Of a stretch of 32,221 nt of DNA, positions 10,881 through 21,846 are shown piece by piece (position 1 is the stretch's first letter; each line of letters opens with the position of its first letter). The stretch lies in contig NC_068983.1 in the NCBI RefSeq assembly GCF_001194135.2, positions 167,190,462 through 167,222,682 on the forward strand. The letters are read 5' to 3'. Origin of the DNA: Octopus bimaculoides. Its lineage: Eukaryota. Position numbers and translations under genes: made by a program. Below the pieces are notes generated by a model. The model was not told the DNA's origin, did not search any database, and saw only the letters and a program-made list of their open reading frames with translations.

Positions 10881-11495
10881 TATTGTCTTTGCACAGCTTC
10901 TAACGCTGGAGATGTACTACGGTGCCAGCTGTTCACTACCAGTGAACTAAGGTAACACCCCTTATTTTTTTAGCACCATCCGGAGTATTCGAGTGGTTCC
11001 AAGCAGTGCTGTTTTCTGCAAGTGCTCCACCCTTATTGCAGCCCCTATTTGTTCTATGTACTTCTCAAGATTTTTACTCACTGTTCCCAGGGCTCCGACA
11101 ATTATTGATACTACTACCACCTTTTCTCATCAACCAAAACTGCTTAACCTCCCAAGCTAACCTGTTATATCTATCGACTTTTCTTTCTTCATTATCGCAT
11201 ACGTTGTTGTTAGTTGGGCATGCTATATCTATGATCCAGCATAGTTTCCTTTCTTTCTCACTAAACATTATGTCTGGTTTCCTGTTCTCTATCTCATGGT
11301 CACACTGAATCATAAAATCCCACAGGATCTTTGTATTATCATTTTCGATGATGCCTTCGGGTTTATGTTCGTACCACTTTTTTGCTCTGTCAAGTCCATA
11401 CTTGTTGCAAAGTGTCCAATGGACAATCTATGCTATATTGTCATGATGTCTCTTATATTCTCTCTGGACTTGTGGCATACATTGACTGGTAATAT
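10862..11495 (-). mobile_element. RLE-type (R4/Dong/HERO-like) LINE 3' fragment with (TAA)n tail
   Basis: The minus strand reads HDNIA*IVHWTLCNKYGLDRAKKWYEHKPEGIIENDNTKILWDFMIQCDHEIENRKPDIMFSEKERKLCWIIDIACP...KVDRY...EHLQKTALLGTTRILRMVL. This contains the PD-(D/E)xK RLE motifs of R4-group elements. Confidence 0.9.
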
Positions 11496-11589
11496 GCCGT
11501 ACGGCAGAATCGTTAGCACGCCGGACTATTCTTCAATGCTAAACCCGAAGGTCACGTTGTCAGAGCTAGGTTGCATGGTCTAAAACATA

Positions 11590-12320
11590 GAGGAACGGAA
11601 GTCGTTTGTTGGTCCCGGGTAGCAGATGCGCAACATGAAAAATAAAACCACAATTTTGTCCTCGATAGATCGAAAGCGACGCGTGCTATTCAATCCCATG
11701 CAGATATGTTGCTTCTCATGGACACTTCGCTTGAGTGTTTGTGGCAGACGATAGACCGGAGACAGTGGTGGACTTTATCGCCTACCTCAGTAGCCTGCCG
11801 CGGATCACCGTTGGTAATACCTACTTTCCTGCAGCTCAACTCTTTGATAGAGCTACAGTCTTGGCCAGATGCCAGTCGAACAACGCGGTCAGTGGATATT
11901 CTACCATGACGTTCTATAGAGTATTAACGGTAGATAAGAGTGACGATGTCCCCCGAGGAAAATTCTATACGTTGATAAAAATCAACTGGTTGCTGGTCTT
12001 TTTCCGGAGGACTTTCGGCTATGAGTAATTTCTAGAAATCTCTGGCTTGGCAACGCTAACGGTGAAATGAGGGTGGGTGGAACATTGCCGGCTCGAGATA
12101 AACTCTACGGACATGATAATGCCGTCAGACGTGCCTGCCCGAGATGCGCACGCAGAGCGACGAAACCATCCTATACGCGCTCGTATAATGCTGCTATCAC
12201 GTGTAGGACAGATCCGGTTATCCGCCAATTCCGTCGTGAAGATAGCTCCGCGGCTTTCCATTGGCTAGGAAGGGGAGGCAGTTTCCCCTAGCTTGGTGGC
12301 TAAGGCAAAAGAGGTTGATT
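11590..12320 (+). mobile_element. Tx1/L1-clade LINE fragment (ORF2 C-terminal, zf-RVT), truncated at both ends
   Basis: Reads FYRVLTVDKSDDV...FFRRTFG...GTLPARDKLYGHDNAVRRACPRCA/QSDET...LLSRVGQIRLSANSVVKIAP, homologous to 9597-10655 and 26345-27075. Confidence 0.85.
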
Positions 12321-12439
12321 AAATAGATTTTTTCCCCTCTTTATTCACAATCACTATATCCGTCTTCCGACGTTCGAGATTTTAGTTATATCGAATAATT
12401 ACATCTTGCTGTATCTTTACCTTGTTTGTCCGCAATTAC

Positions 12440-12750
12440 TTCCGGAGTTTGGTCAAGAGAAGTAATTTACAGAACTGCGATAATCGGCATCGTATCTAAC
12501 CCCTGTCCATCTCTAACAGCATTCTCTTCTAATGAATTGTATGAGCAATTAATTGCAAGGTGGAGTAAGAGCAAACAAAATTTATTGAACAGATCTTGGC
12601 ACTAAAGAACATTATTGAACTGTGCCTTGAGTGGAACGTCCTACTGTACATGAATTTTGGCAGTGAGACCCTCTGGAAGATCTTAAGATCATAAAGGATG
12701 CATGAGAACATCGTTATTGTGATAAGTCTGTTCTGTAACGCTTTCTAATT
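12440..12750 (+). mobile_element. Decayed reverse-transcriptase fragment of an RTE-like LINE
   Basis: From 12584 it reads IEQILALKNIIELCLEWNVLLYMNF-(deletion)-ETLWKILRS*RMHENIVIVISLF, the typical RTE RT domain 2-3 region (QIF.LR.IIE.CLEWN.PLY.NFVD..KAFDS...LW..L). An NCDN remnant lies upstream. Confidence 0.8.
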
Positions 12751-12849
12751 TAATGTTATCATTGGCGGTTATTAAGTTGAAATTAATTTTCTTCGAATTA
12801 TATATATCAAAATACGCATTAAGAACTAGCTTTATACAATCAATAAGTT

Positions 12850-12952
12850 CCTCCTCCNNNNNNNNNNNNNNNNNNNNNNNNNNNNNNNNNNNNNNNNNNN
12901 NNNNNNNNNNNNNNNNNNNNNNNNNNNCTCCTCCTCCTCCTCCTCCTCCTCT
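12850..12952. repeat. (CCT)n microsatellite spanning an N-gap (12858-12927)
   Basis: Direct reading. Confidence 0.9.
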
Positions 12953-13055
12953 CTCTGTCTCATCTATATCATATATCGTTGTGACGATGGTGGGAGTTAA
13001 AATGGGACACTGTTGAAGATTTTTTTTCCATGTGGTATATCTTGTATATCTTGTG

Positions 13056-13100
13056 CAGTGGCGGCTCGTGTATAGGCACTGCGGAACTGCAGCACCCCCT
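13056..13100 (+). mobile_element. Possible solo terminus of a hAT-like DNA transposon
   Basis: CAGTGGCGGCTCGTG resembles CAGTGGCG-type hAT termini. I found no matching inverted end in the window. Confidence 0.3.
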
Positions 13101-13499
13101 ATTTCCACTCGATATTATCGATAACATTCAATATAATGAGTCCTTTTTTCTTTATACCAGTACATTGTATAATCCTTAAGCTTAATGCCAATAGCGATCC
13201 CATAGTTTATAAAAAAAATACAAAAGTTCTTGTATAGAACTGTGCGCTTCACAGTTCCAGCGACGCAGTGTGTGGCTGTTGTGCGCATGCTCACATGTCT
13301 GAGACAGGAAGCCGCACGCTAGGGAGAGAGAGCATTGTGGTTTTACGCAGTGCCGACCCTGGAATGCTGGTGAAAATTAGCGTTTCTTTTTATCCAAACA
13401 ACGACTCTATTCAGAAACTAAAACTTATCCTCTTACTTGTATGATTCGCTCTGTTGCTCGGTTTTCAGAGTTAGACCCTGCTTCCAATTTTCTCTTCAT

Positions 13500-13740
13500 T
13501 GAGGACCCGGCTAAGTTGACGACTTGTGTTGTTCGATCACATGCCACATGGTTACTGTGTAGATTAAGAAATATCTCGTGGAAATGGGGACTGATTGGGA
13601 CTCTGCTCGGCAGGTCGTCCAAGAGGACTTGGGAATATACCGACAAATGGTGAATGCAGCAACGCGCTGCAACGGTGCATGCAACCCCCGACCCACATAT
13701 ACATCCGACCTGACAAACACTAACTTTAAATCAGTGAACG
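13500..13740 (+). mobile_element. LINE (RTE-like) ORF2 C-terminal remnant
   Basis: Reads ATW/IKKYLVEMGTDWDSARQVVQEDLGIYRQMVNAATRCNGAC, fitting the TW...KKDL..MG..W..A...AQDR..WR..V.AA C-terminal pattern of RTE-type LINEs. Confidence 0.6.
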
Positions 13741-14471
13741 AGAATTAAACTGAGACAAATCCCAGACTGAGCCTAAATTCCACGTAATAACACTTTTTTT
13801 GTGCTTTTTCACAATCAGCTGTTTTATATATAATTCTTTCTTTACTCAAGAAGCCGACGGGCAAATACTATAAAATGGCAGACCAGCTGCGAATGGTTTT
13901 ATTTTTTCTATTTTTTCCAAACTCCTTGCAAACCACTTTAAACACATGAGTTGATATTATACAATTAACACAAGCTTTGTGCTCATTTCTCAACCAAGCC
14001 TACACCCGAAAAGTCCATTGACCGCATCGACGTGGATCATCTGGGAAAAGTTCTTATTGCTGATTATCTTAAAATAGAAAACAAAATATAAATTATTTAC
14101 AGCTAAAGAGATGTATTGCTAAAAAAAAGAAGAAGAAAAATGAAAAAGAAAACCAAAGCAAAGAAATAAAATAAACAAATATGATTAAGAATAAAGAGAA
14201 AATAGTGCTGCTTTCCACATAAAGCAGGCGATATTAATATGGCTACGCCGTCCCATTAATCTGACGTACCACACCCAAATGTCTGCAGATTGTGTTTCTT
14301 TGGAGTTATTTACAACTCAGTCTTTATTTCCATCTTTATTTTTATTTCGCTTTTGTGAGTTTGTGATTTTACTACGATCTGCTGCCCCAGTCTCTCTCTC
14401 TCTCTTCGCTTTTAGTGCATACACTCACACACGTATATATACGTGTGTGTGTACGTGCGTGCGTATGTGTT

Positions 14472-14477
<6 letters not shown>

Positions 14478-14542
<65 letters not shown>
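14478..14542. repeat. (TG)n microsatellite
   Basis: Direct reading. Similar TG/GA tracts occur at about 14985-15080, 15209-15248, 15599-15657 and 15798-15818. Confidence 0.95.
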
Positions 14543-14544
<2 letters not shown>

Positions 14545-15206
14545 GTATCCGTTATATCCGTTATGATTGACGGAATGTTTTTGAAACTTTGACTTTCGTA
14601 GAAACACAGAGGGAGCAAGTTTTTCCGCTTAATCTTATTGTCTGGTTAATAATAACGACCGTTTGATGTGTGTATATGCTTGTGAGTGATTATGTATGTG
14701 TGTGTATATTTGTTTGTGATATATAAGTGTGTATATGTGTATTGTTTAGCTTCAAGTCAGACCTGATCGAACATGAATTATGAAGAAGGCTCTCCAGATG
14801 TGACAATCAAATCATTTTTCTATGAATTGAGCCTTAGAACCACGTTTTAAAAATATGCTCTTTTCTACGACGCTGGGTCTTGATTTGAGAGAGGTCTGGT
14901 TTCTATTCTTAGCAAATCGTACGACTATGTTGAAACTTCCTTGTTGGTTTGCCTGCATCAATATATGATGATGTAGTCTGTTTGTTTGTGTGTGTGTGTG
15001 TGTGTGTATGTGTGTGTGTGTCTGCTATGTGTATATGTGTTGTGTGTGTGTGCTACGTGTATATATGGTGTGTGTGTGTGTTCCTGTGAGTACAAAAGTG
15101 CAATGAGATACTCGTTTTTATTGGAAAGTACATTAACGCTACTGGCTCGTTTGTAAGCAGTGGTTACTGGTGAGAGCGTGTGCATATTTTGAACACATGC
15201 ATAGGT

Positions 15207-15249
<43 letters not shown>

Positions 15250-15614
15250 ATTCCTTGAATATAGAAGACGAATTTCTGAGTGTCCGCCACCACCCAAGAC
15301 ATATCCGTCAGAAGCAGAGGTTACCTATCCCTACATTTGAACCTTTACATATAATTCAACTGTATAGGTTATTTAGCGATTTGTAAAAGCAATTTATGTG
15401 ACACTAAAACTTGTAGAGTTGCATCAAAATAAAATATACAAGTAGTCCTTTATTGCAAATCATTTATAGTTGAATATCGAAACTTCGAAGTCGCAGTCAA
15501 CATTTTCCTTGCAAAAAAAAATATATATATAAATATATATGTTTCGGGCTAGCAACCGTCGTCAGACTGATTTACTAGCTTGATGATCTGTATGCATATG
15601 TGTGTGTGTGTGTG

Positions 15615-15661
<47 letters not shown>

Positions 15662-16318
15662 GGAAAAAGAAAGAACGTTAACGAAAGAACGTTAACGAAA
15701 AGAACGAAAGGGGTAATAGCTGAATCAGTGAAAAAATGCAAGAGACAAGGAGAGAGAGGGGGATGAGGGAAAGAGGGAGAGTGTCTATATTATTATTAGA
15801 GAGAGAGAGAGAGAGAGAAGGTCTATAGTGTTAAAGAGAGAGTGGAGGGAGGTACAAGGCTTATATTATTCTGCATTTGTCTTTTGTAAACGCTGGCACG
15901 ATCGAAATGTTTAGCGTAATGAAACAATGTCATGGAGATCTATAAATTCATGCTTTAAAATATATATCGATAAATAGTAAAAATTAAATTGATTTAGTTA
16001 GCAAATAGTTGTGGAAGTTACGCTTTTGTCTTTTACATGTTCCAGACCAAAACCGGTGGCGGTGCTGGGGCAACACTGTTATTCATATTTTTCTTTTCTT
16101 TTAACTGCTTATCGGTATTATGAAACTAAGCAAATACATCGGCAGAGCGGGTAACTAGATATAATAGTCACTTAGACTGACGGACGAACGGACGGGAAGG
16201 TAGGTAGGTAGATAGGTAGGTAGGTGAGCATGCAGATATATCAAAAGTTATGGAAATAGAGAGATACATTAATAGATATACAAATAGATAAATCGCTAAA
16301 GTGAAGTGAAATGAAAAG

Positions 16319-16842
16319 GGATCTGGTTAAACTAATTCACAAAATCTGCATTTTTTAAAAAGAAATTTATAAAATCTGAAATTCGGCTATATTAATGTAG
16401 TTTTTTACTCTTATTGCTATGAAGGCATGATGTTGTGGAGAAAAAAATTGGAGGAAAAAGTTACAGAGGTTAAAAAATCGAAAAATATCTATAATAAATT
16501 CTAATTGATAAATATGAATTTTTATTAAAACAAAACACGCGGGTGAAGTAAATCTCGTGGTGTGAAGAATCAACACAACACAACGTGCGGGTGAAGTGAA
16601 ACTCAACACAACGTGCAGTTGTCATAGTAACAAGCTGTTAATGCCACTCTGTCTGTTGATTGGCTAAAATTACCCAAATTTCTCAGCTGTAATTCCAAAT
16701 AACATCAGATTCTTTAAGTTACGAGATAAATTAATTGGTTGATCGTTATCAAAATTCAGAGTTGCATCGATACACCCAAAATTGAAAGCAATCTGAGCAA
16801 AATTAAAGGGGGCTGATTTTGTGAATCAGTTTAACTAGATCC
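16319..16842. mobile_element. 524-bp MITE, 28-bp TIRs, 8-bp TSD, Merlin/IS1016-like
   Basis: GGATCTGGTTAAACTAATTCACAAAATC (16319-16346) matches the reverse complement of 16815-16842, GGATCTAGTTAAACTGATTCACAAAATC, at 26/28. The TSD ATGAAAAG is perfect at 16311-16318 and 16843-16850. Confidence 0.92.
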
Positions 16843-17093
16843 ATGAAAAGAAATGTAAATATTCTCTATTGGTAAATAACTCGAACTGAATCTTGTTGGT
16901 GGTTGGACAGCGAACAAAACAGTGTGTTTACCTATTTTTGTTATTTAAAATTCCTTCACTTAACGCGTGCGATCTAGTCAATTACTCATTGTCTGCTCAA
17001 TCGAAACACTTGCTTATAAAACATGGACAACAATTACACCACATTGGCTAAACAGAGAAAGAACGAAAATGATTTTTTAAAAAAGGCTTGTAT

Positions 17094-17310
17094 AAGCGCT
17101 ATCGCGGCTGTGTAGGTAAGAAGCTTGCTTCCTAACCACATGGTTCCAGATTCAGTCCCACTGCGTGGCACTTTGGGCAAGTGTCTTCTACTATATCCTC
17201 GGGCCGACCAAAACCTTGTGAGTGGATTTGGTAGACGGAGACTGAAAGAAGCTCGTCGTATATATATGTGTGTGTGTATGTCTTTGTGTCTGTGTTTGCA
17301 CCCCCCCCCC
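17094..17310 (+). mobile_element. SINE family A, 5' half (tRNA head plus CORE-like segment)
   Basis: GGCTGTGTAGGTAAGAAGCTTGCTTCCTAACCACATGGTTCCAGATTCAGTCCCACTGCGTGGCACTTTGGGCAAGTGTCTTCTACTATA. Confidence 0.92.
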
Positions 17311-17689
17311 CCCACGTGTATCCATATAATATTTGTACATATATTATGAATGACTTGACTTGTCCGTGTCCTTGTGTCTGCGCCTGTCTCAGTGAGTTTC
17401 TGTGTGTTCGTACGGATATACGAAGTTCTGCGCGTTTTTTTTTTTATTTCCGTCAAAACTTGGCGACAGTTGTTTTTGTTTTATAATAAGAAACAAAATT
17501 CTTCAGTTCTGAGGCTTCTAGGTTTCAGATTCCTGTCAAATATTTTCAGGCACTAGGTATTTATGTGGAAGAGTACATAGGTCGATGCATTCTTATCGGG
17601 ATACAACCTAGTTTAGTCTACAAACATGGGACACGCATACAAACAGAATGTAAATATTAGTATCATAAATATGATTTATTTACATATTC

Positions 17690-18267
17690 TCTTTACTCTT
17701 TACTCTTTTACTTGTTTCAGTCATTTGACTGTGGCCATGCTGGAGCACCGCCTTTTAGTCGAGCTAATCGACCCCAGAACTTATTCTTTGTAAGCCTAGT
17801 ACTTATTTTATCGGCCTCTTTAGCCAAACCGCTAAGTTACGGGGACGTAAACACACCACCATCGGTTGTCAAGCGATGTTGGGGGAACAAACAGACACAC
17901 AAACACACATACACACACACACACACACACACANNNNNNNNNNNNNNNNNNNNNNNNNNNNNNNNNNNNNNNNNNNNNNNNNNNNNNNNNNNNNNNNNNN
18001 NNNNNNNNNNNNNNNNNNNNNNNNNNNNNNNNNNNNNNNNNNNNNNNNNNNNNNNNNNNNNNNNNNNNNNNNATATATATATATATATATATATACATAT
18101 ATACGACGTGCTTCTTTCAGTTTCCGTCTACCAAATCCACTCACAAGGCTTTGGTTGGCCCGAGGCTATAGTAGAAGACACTTGCCCAAGGTGCCACGCA
18201 GTGGGACTGAACCCGGAACCATGTGGTTGGTAAGCAAGCTACTTACCACACAGCCATTCCTGTGCCT
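17690..18267 (-). mobile_element. SINE family A, full length (internal microsatellite with N-gap 17934-18072)
   Basis: Head (reverse complement) AGGCACAGGAATGGCTGTGTGGTAAGTAGCTTGC..., internal (TA)n(TG)n, and 3' tail ...CAGCATGGCCACAGTCAAATGACTGAAACAAGTAAAAGAGTAAAAGAG. Confidence 0.95.
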
Positions 18268-20129
18268 ATTAGATATTTCTCTTTTCTTACACTTGTACCA
18301 ATTCGGAAAATAATATCGATAATTCTTTAATTCCTTTATTTTTTCTTTCTTTCTATTTATGCGCATGATCATATATTTGAGATTTGATTTTCTTCTCTGT
18401 TCTAAATTGAGAAATTCTAGATAAGCTGTTGAAAGTCTATTTCTAACTCTTATTTATCTCTCTATGAAATGTTATTATCCAAAGTTAGAATCAGGAAATC
18501 TATTTCGTTAACAAAATTTCGCTCAAAAATGTTTCGTAACAATTATTAGTTATTGGTGTTAGCCATCACATGACAGGTAACTTTGAAAGTATACTTTGGC
18601 TATCACTGGTAATATCCGGAAACATGGCATATGTACAGTAATTGTAATCTAGCGTTTATCAGATTTCTTGGTGCTTATACAAAATGATGGAATGAATACT
18701 AATTTTCCAAAGAAACATTGAATAAAATAAATTTCTCATTTGTGTAGCTCCTCCCATAACTACTCTGTAATCTCCTCCTCCTCCTCCTCCTTTCTCACTG
18801 TGTGTGTGTATGTAAGAGAGAGAGAGAGAGTACGTGTGTGTGTAGCGTTTATCTGCTCATTCCCACCAAGCCTAATACGTGAACTCATCTTACACCTTTT
18901 ATGTTAACTCTTTCTTTGTATCTCTCTTTTACTCTCTCTCTCTCTCTCTCTCTCTCTCTTTATGACGTAAAACATCGCTGGAGGAACCAACCAACCAACC
19001 AGCCAACCAACGTTTGTATCAGCTATTATTATTTCATAGAGATTACCCTAACTTATCTTATAGAGCTTTGGTTCTCTTTCATTCGACTGTTTTGTGTCAA
19101 CAACTCGCTATTTCGCCTGATTTTCTGTATATTTGATATTCTCCGAAGGATGGTCCTTGATGAGGCTTGTCTGCAATTTCGTTTCAATACACTGTTTACG
19201 CTGGGAGAGGCATGAATATGACAACACCCACTTCCATTACTCTACATCAAGTCAGCAGAGCTTAGATGTGTATCACTGATTACACAAATTAGGAAGCCAC
19301 TACACAGACACTTGGATGTTTGACACTATTTATTTTACAAAGAGCGTTAGATAAATAAATAATTTATCAGTTCATTTTCTCCCTGTCTATTTACTTTTCT
19401 TAGCCATTTCATCTTAACACTTGGTGTCGTGCTGCTAACAACAGATTCCCTGTTTCTTCACATAAATTTTCCTCAACTTCTACACCCTCATCTTCCACAT
19501 TGTGTCTTACATTTCATGTCGTTGGTTTTCCAGCTCCAACTTCAGTCATGTTTCAACTTAGACAACATATACACCATTTAAATGTGTTTTAAACGTATCA
19601 TACAACATTTCATCGCCTCATTTTTCTGATGTTTTTTCGTTTCATATAAAACAACAACGTCGCTGGTCTTCCATCTCATGTTTCAAGTTAAAGTAAGGAT
19701 TGGGTTGGTAAACTTCTATCTTGATCAATTCATGGAATCAATGATAACTTATTGACCCCCCCACCCCACATTTCATAGATTTCTAAAATAGAATTAAGAA
19801 GCATAATTAAGAAAAATGTTTCTTTATTTAAAAACAATTCCTTCATTCAACTTTTGTGTCAGTGTTGTTTTTTAATAAGAAATATTTAAAGAAATTTTAT
19901 GAAAATACTTTAGCAAAATAGATAAAGAATAATAAAAATTTAGTTCTCTTACTTTGATGACGTCCGAATATTTGATGTGAAATATGTGCTTACTAATTGA
20001 ATACTAGTTATTGCATGGACACTTGTCTGGAAATTAGCGAGTTTTAGCTTTAAATTAACGCGCTCTTCGATTTTCACTTCGCTAATAGTTCACTACCCTT
20101 AATGTTGAACCTCATTTGTACTTACTCTG

Positions 20130-20168
<39 letters not shown>

Positions 20169-20241
20169 CACACACGCACACACACGCACACGCACACACG
20201 CGCTCGCGCTCGCGCGCGCCAGACTTAGAGCATAGAAAAAC

Positions 20242-20550
20242 AGTACTCGAATATCGGAGGTAGAGTAATATGCTTTATTAATAAGTATCGGGCGGCTTTT
20301 TAGCTAGCTCCTGTGGAAGGCTCTTCATTAGACCTTGGGCCCAACAATGACACTTCATGCATTGAGTACATATTAAATTTTATTAAACTTCACCAATATT
20401 TTTCAAGCAATGAACAGTTTTCATCAAAACAATGATATAATTTGTCGATTTGGAACTTATTGCAAAGCTGCATGATAAAAAGCATTTTTTGTCTTCCCAT
20501 TCGGGGGAGGGGGGTCAGTGCAATTTTTTTCTGTTTAACCTCTCTCTCTA

Positions 20551-20604
<54 letters not shown>

Positions 20605-20743
20605 TCTCCCTCTCTCTTTCTGTTGAGTGTTTTCAACCATCACCAGTACCACCCCCATTATCACCGTCGCCTCCGCCTAGTACTCGAATACCGGAGGTAG
20701 AGTAATATGCTTTATTAATAAGTATCGGGCAGCTTTTAAGCTA
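20242..20743 (+). repeat. Two direct copies of a 65-bp element end (20242-20306 and 20679-20743)
   Basis: AGTACTCGAATA(T/C)CGGAGGTAGAGTAATATGCTTTATTAATAAGTATCGGGC(G/A)GCTTTT(T/A)AGCTA; 62/65 identical. Confidence 0.9.
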
Positions 20744-20821
20744 TATATGTGTGCATGTGAGTGTGTGTGTGTGTGTGTACTTGGAAATGGATGCGTGGCG
20801 TTCAATGAAATAATATTAATA

Positions 20822-20873
<52 letters not shown>

Positions 20874-20876
<3 letters not shown>

Positions 20877-21725
20877 TGCATATATGGGCACAGAACGTCA
20901 CCAAACAGTAAACAACATGAAATACGAAAGCAAATGAGTTCAATACGCAAACAACGAGAGAAACAAATGGAAAACAGGGTAAGTAACATAAAGAACGACC
21001 CTTCATCAGTTGTCGGCTGTCTGTCTACTCCCCATTTCGAGCACTGAACGACAATATGAGTCTTCGAAGACAGTTGCTCACTTATGTACCAAAATAAAAT
21101 TTGGGTCTTATGGAGGGTCAATAATGTTGGGAACAAAATCAGGACAGTGGAGTCATACAAGGAAACCGAACGAAAACAGATATGGAGGGTCGTTAGACCG
21201 GAACGAAAGGAGAATAGTGAACGCTGGGGGAGATATTTTTTTGAAAGAAGAAAAGATAGAAGAGAGAGAGAGAGAGAAAAACGTCCAGTTGTTTAGATGT
21301 CCGAGCAGGAAAAGGAAGATGGTCACGTGAGGAAAAAGATGACGAGGGTAGAAAATAGCGAACGCTGGAGTAAAATTTTCTTTGACAAAAGAAAAGATAT
21401 AAGAGAGAGATAGGATACGTGCTGTCGTGAAAGAAACGAAAGATGATTCCGTGAGGAAAAGAAAGATGGACGATGGTTACGTGTGAGCTACGAGAAAGAG
21501 AAACGAAGAGGGTGAAAGGGAGAGAGAGAGACCGAAGTCGCATATTGTCGTTCAATGCTCGAAATGGGGTGTAGATGGACAGCCGACAACTGATGAAGGG
21601 CCGTTCTTTATGTTACTGGTCCTGTTTTCTATTTGTTTCTCTCGTTGTTCGCGTATTGAACTCATTTGCTTTCGTATTTCATGTTGTTTACTTTTTGGTG
21701 ATGTCCTGTACCCATATATGCATGT
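20874..21725. mobile_element. Foldback element with 193-bp inverted arms between (TA)n tracts; probably inverted Penelope-like pLTRs
   Basis: Arm 20874-21066 and the reverse complement of 21533-21725 are colinear with 16 mismatches by hand (about 92% identity). The 466-bp purine-rich spacer has internal diverged direct repeats (about 21204-21270 and 21344-21411). Flanked by (TA)n at 20823-20870 and TA-rich repeats at 21726-21847. The Penelope assignment is inference. Confidence 0.75.
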
Positions 21726-21812
21726 ATGTGTGTGTGTGTGTACGTATGTATTTATGTATATATATATATATATATATGCATATATATTATATATATATAT
21801 ATGCATATATAT

Positions 21813-21844
<32 letters not shown>

Positions 21845-21846
<2 letters not shown>

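Noticed and set aside
11357-11552. 12-13-bp inverted match TAAACCCGAAGG near the RLE element 5' end, a possible 5' inversion
   Set aside because: It is too short to separate from chance.
13035-13052. 9-bp tandem duplication GTATATCTT x2, a possible excision footprint
   Set aside because: It cannot be distinguished from slippage. A similar 14-bp tandem at about 15670-15697 was rejected for the same reason.
19053-19241. 62-codon open frame on the minus strand after a possible AG (SNGSGCCHIHASPSVNSVLKRNCRQ...)
   Set aside because: The acceptor is weak, I recognise no domain, and this length is expected by chance in 32 kb.
21550-21610. Possible type II hammerhead in the foldback arms (GCTC-GAAA...CTGATGA-A-GGGC)
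   Set aside because: Helix II can pair, but no helix I hairpin and no valid helix III/NUH site can be built in either arm.
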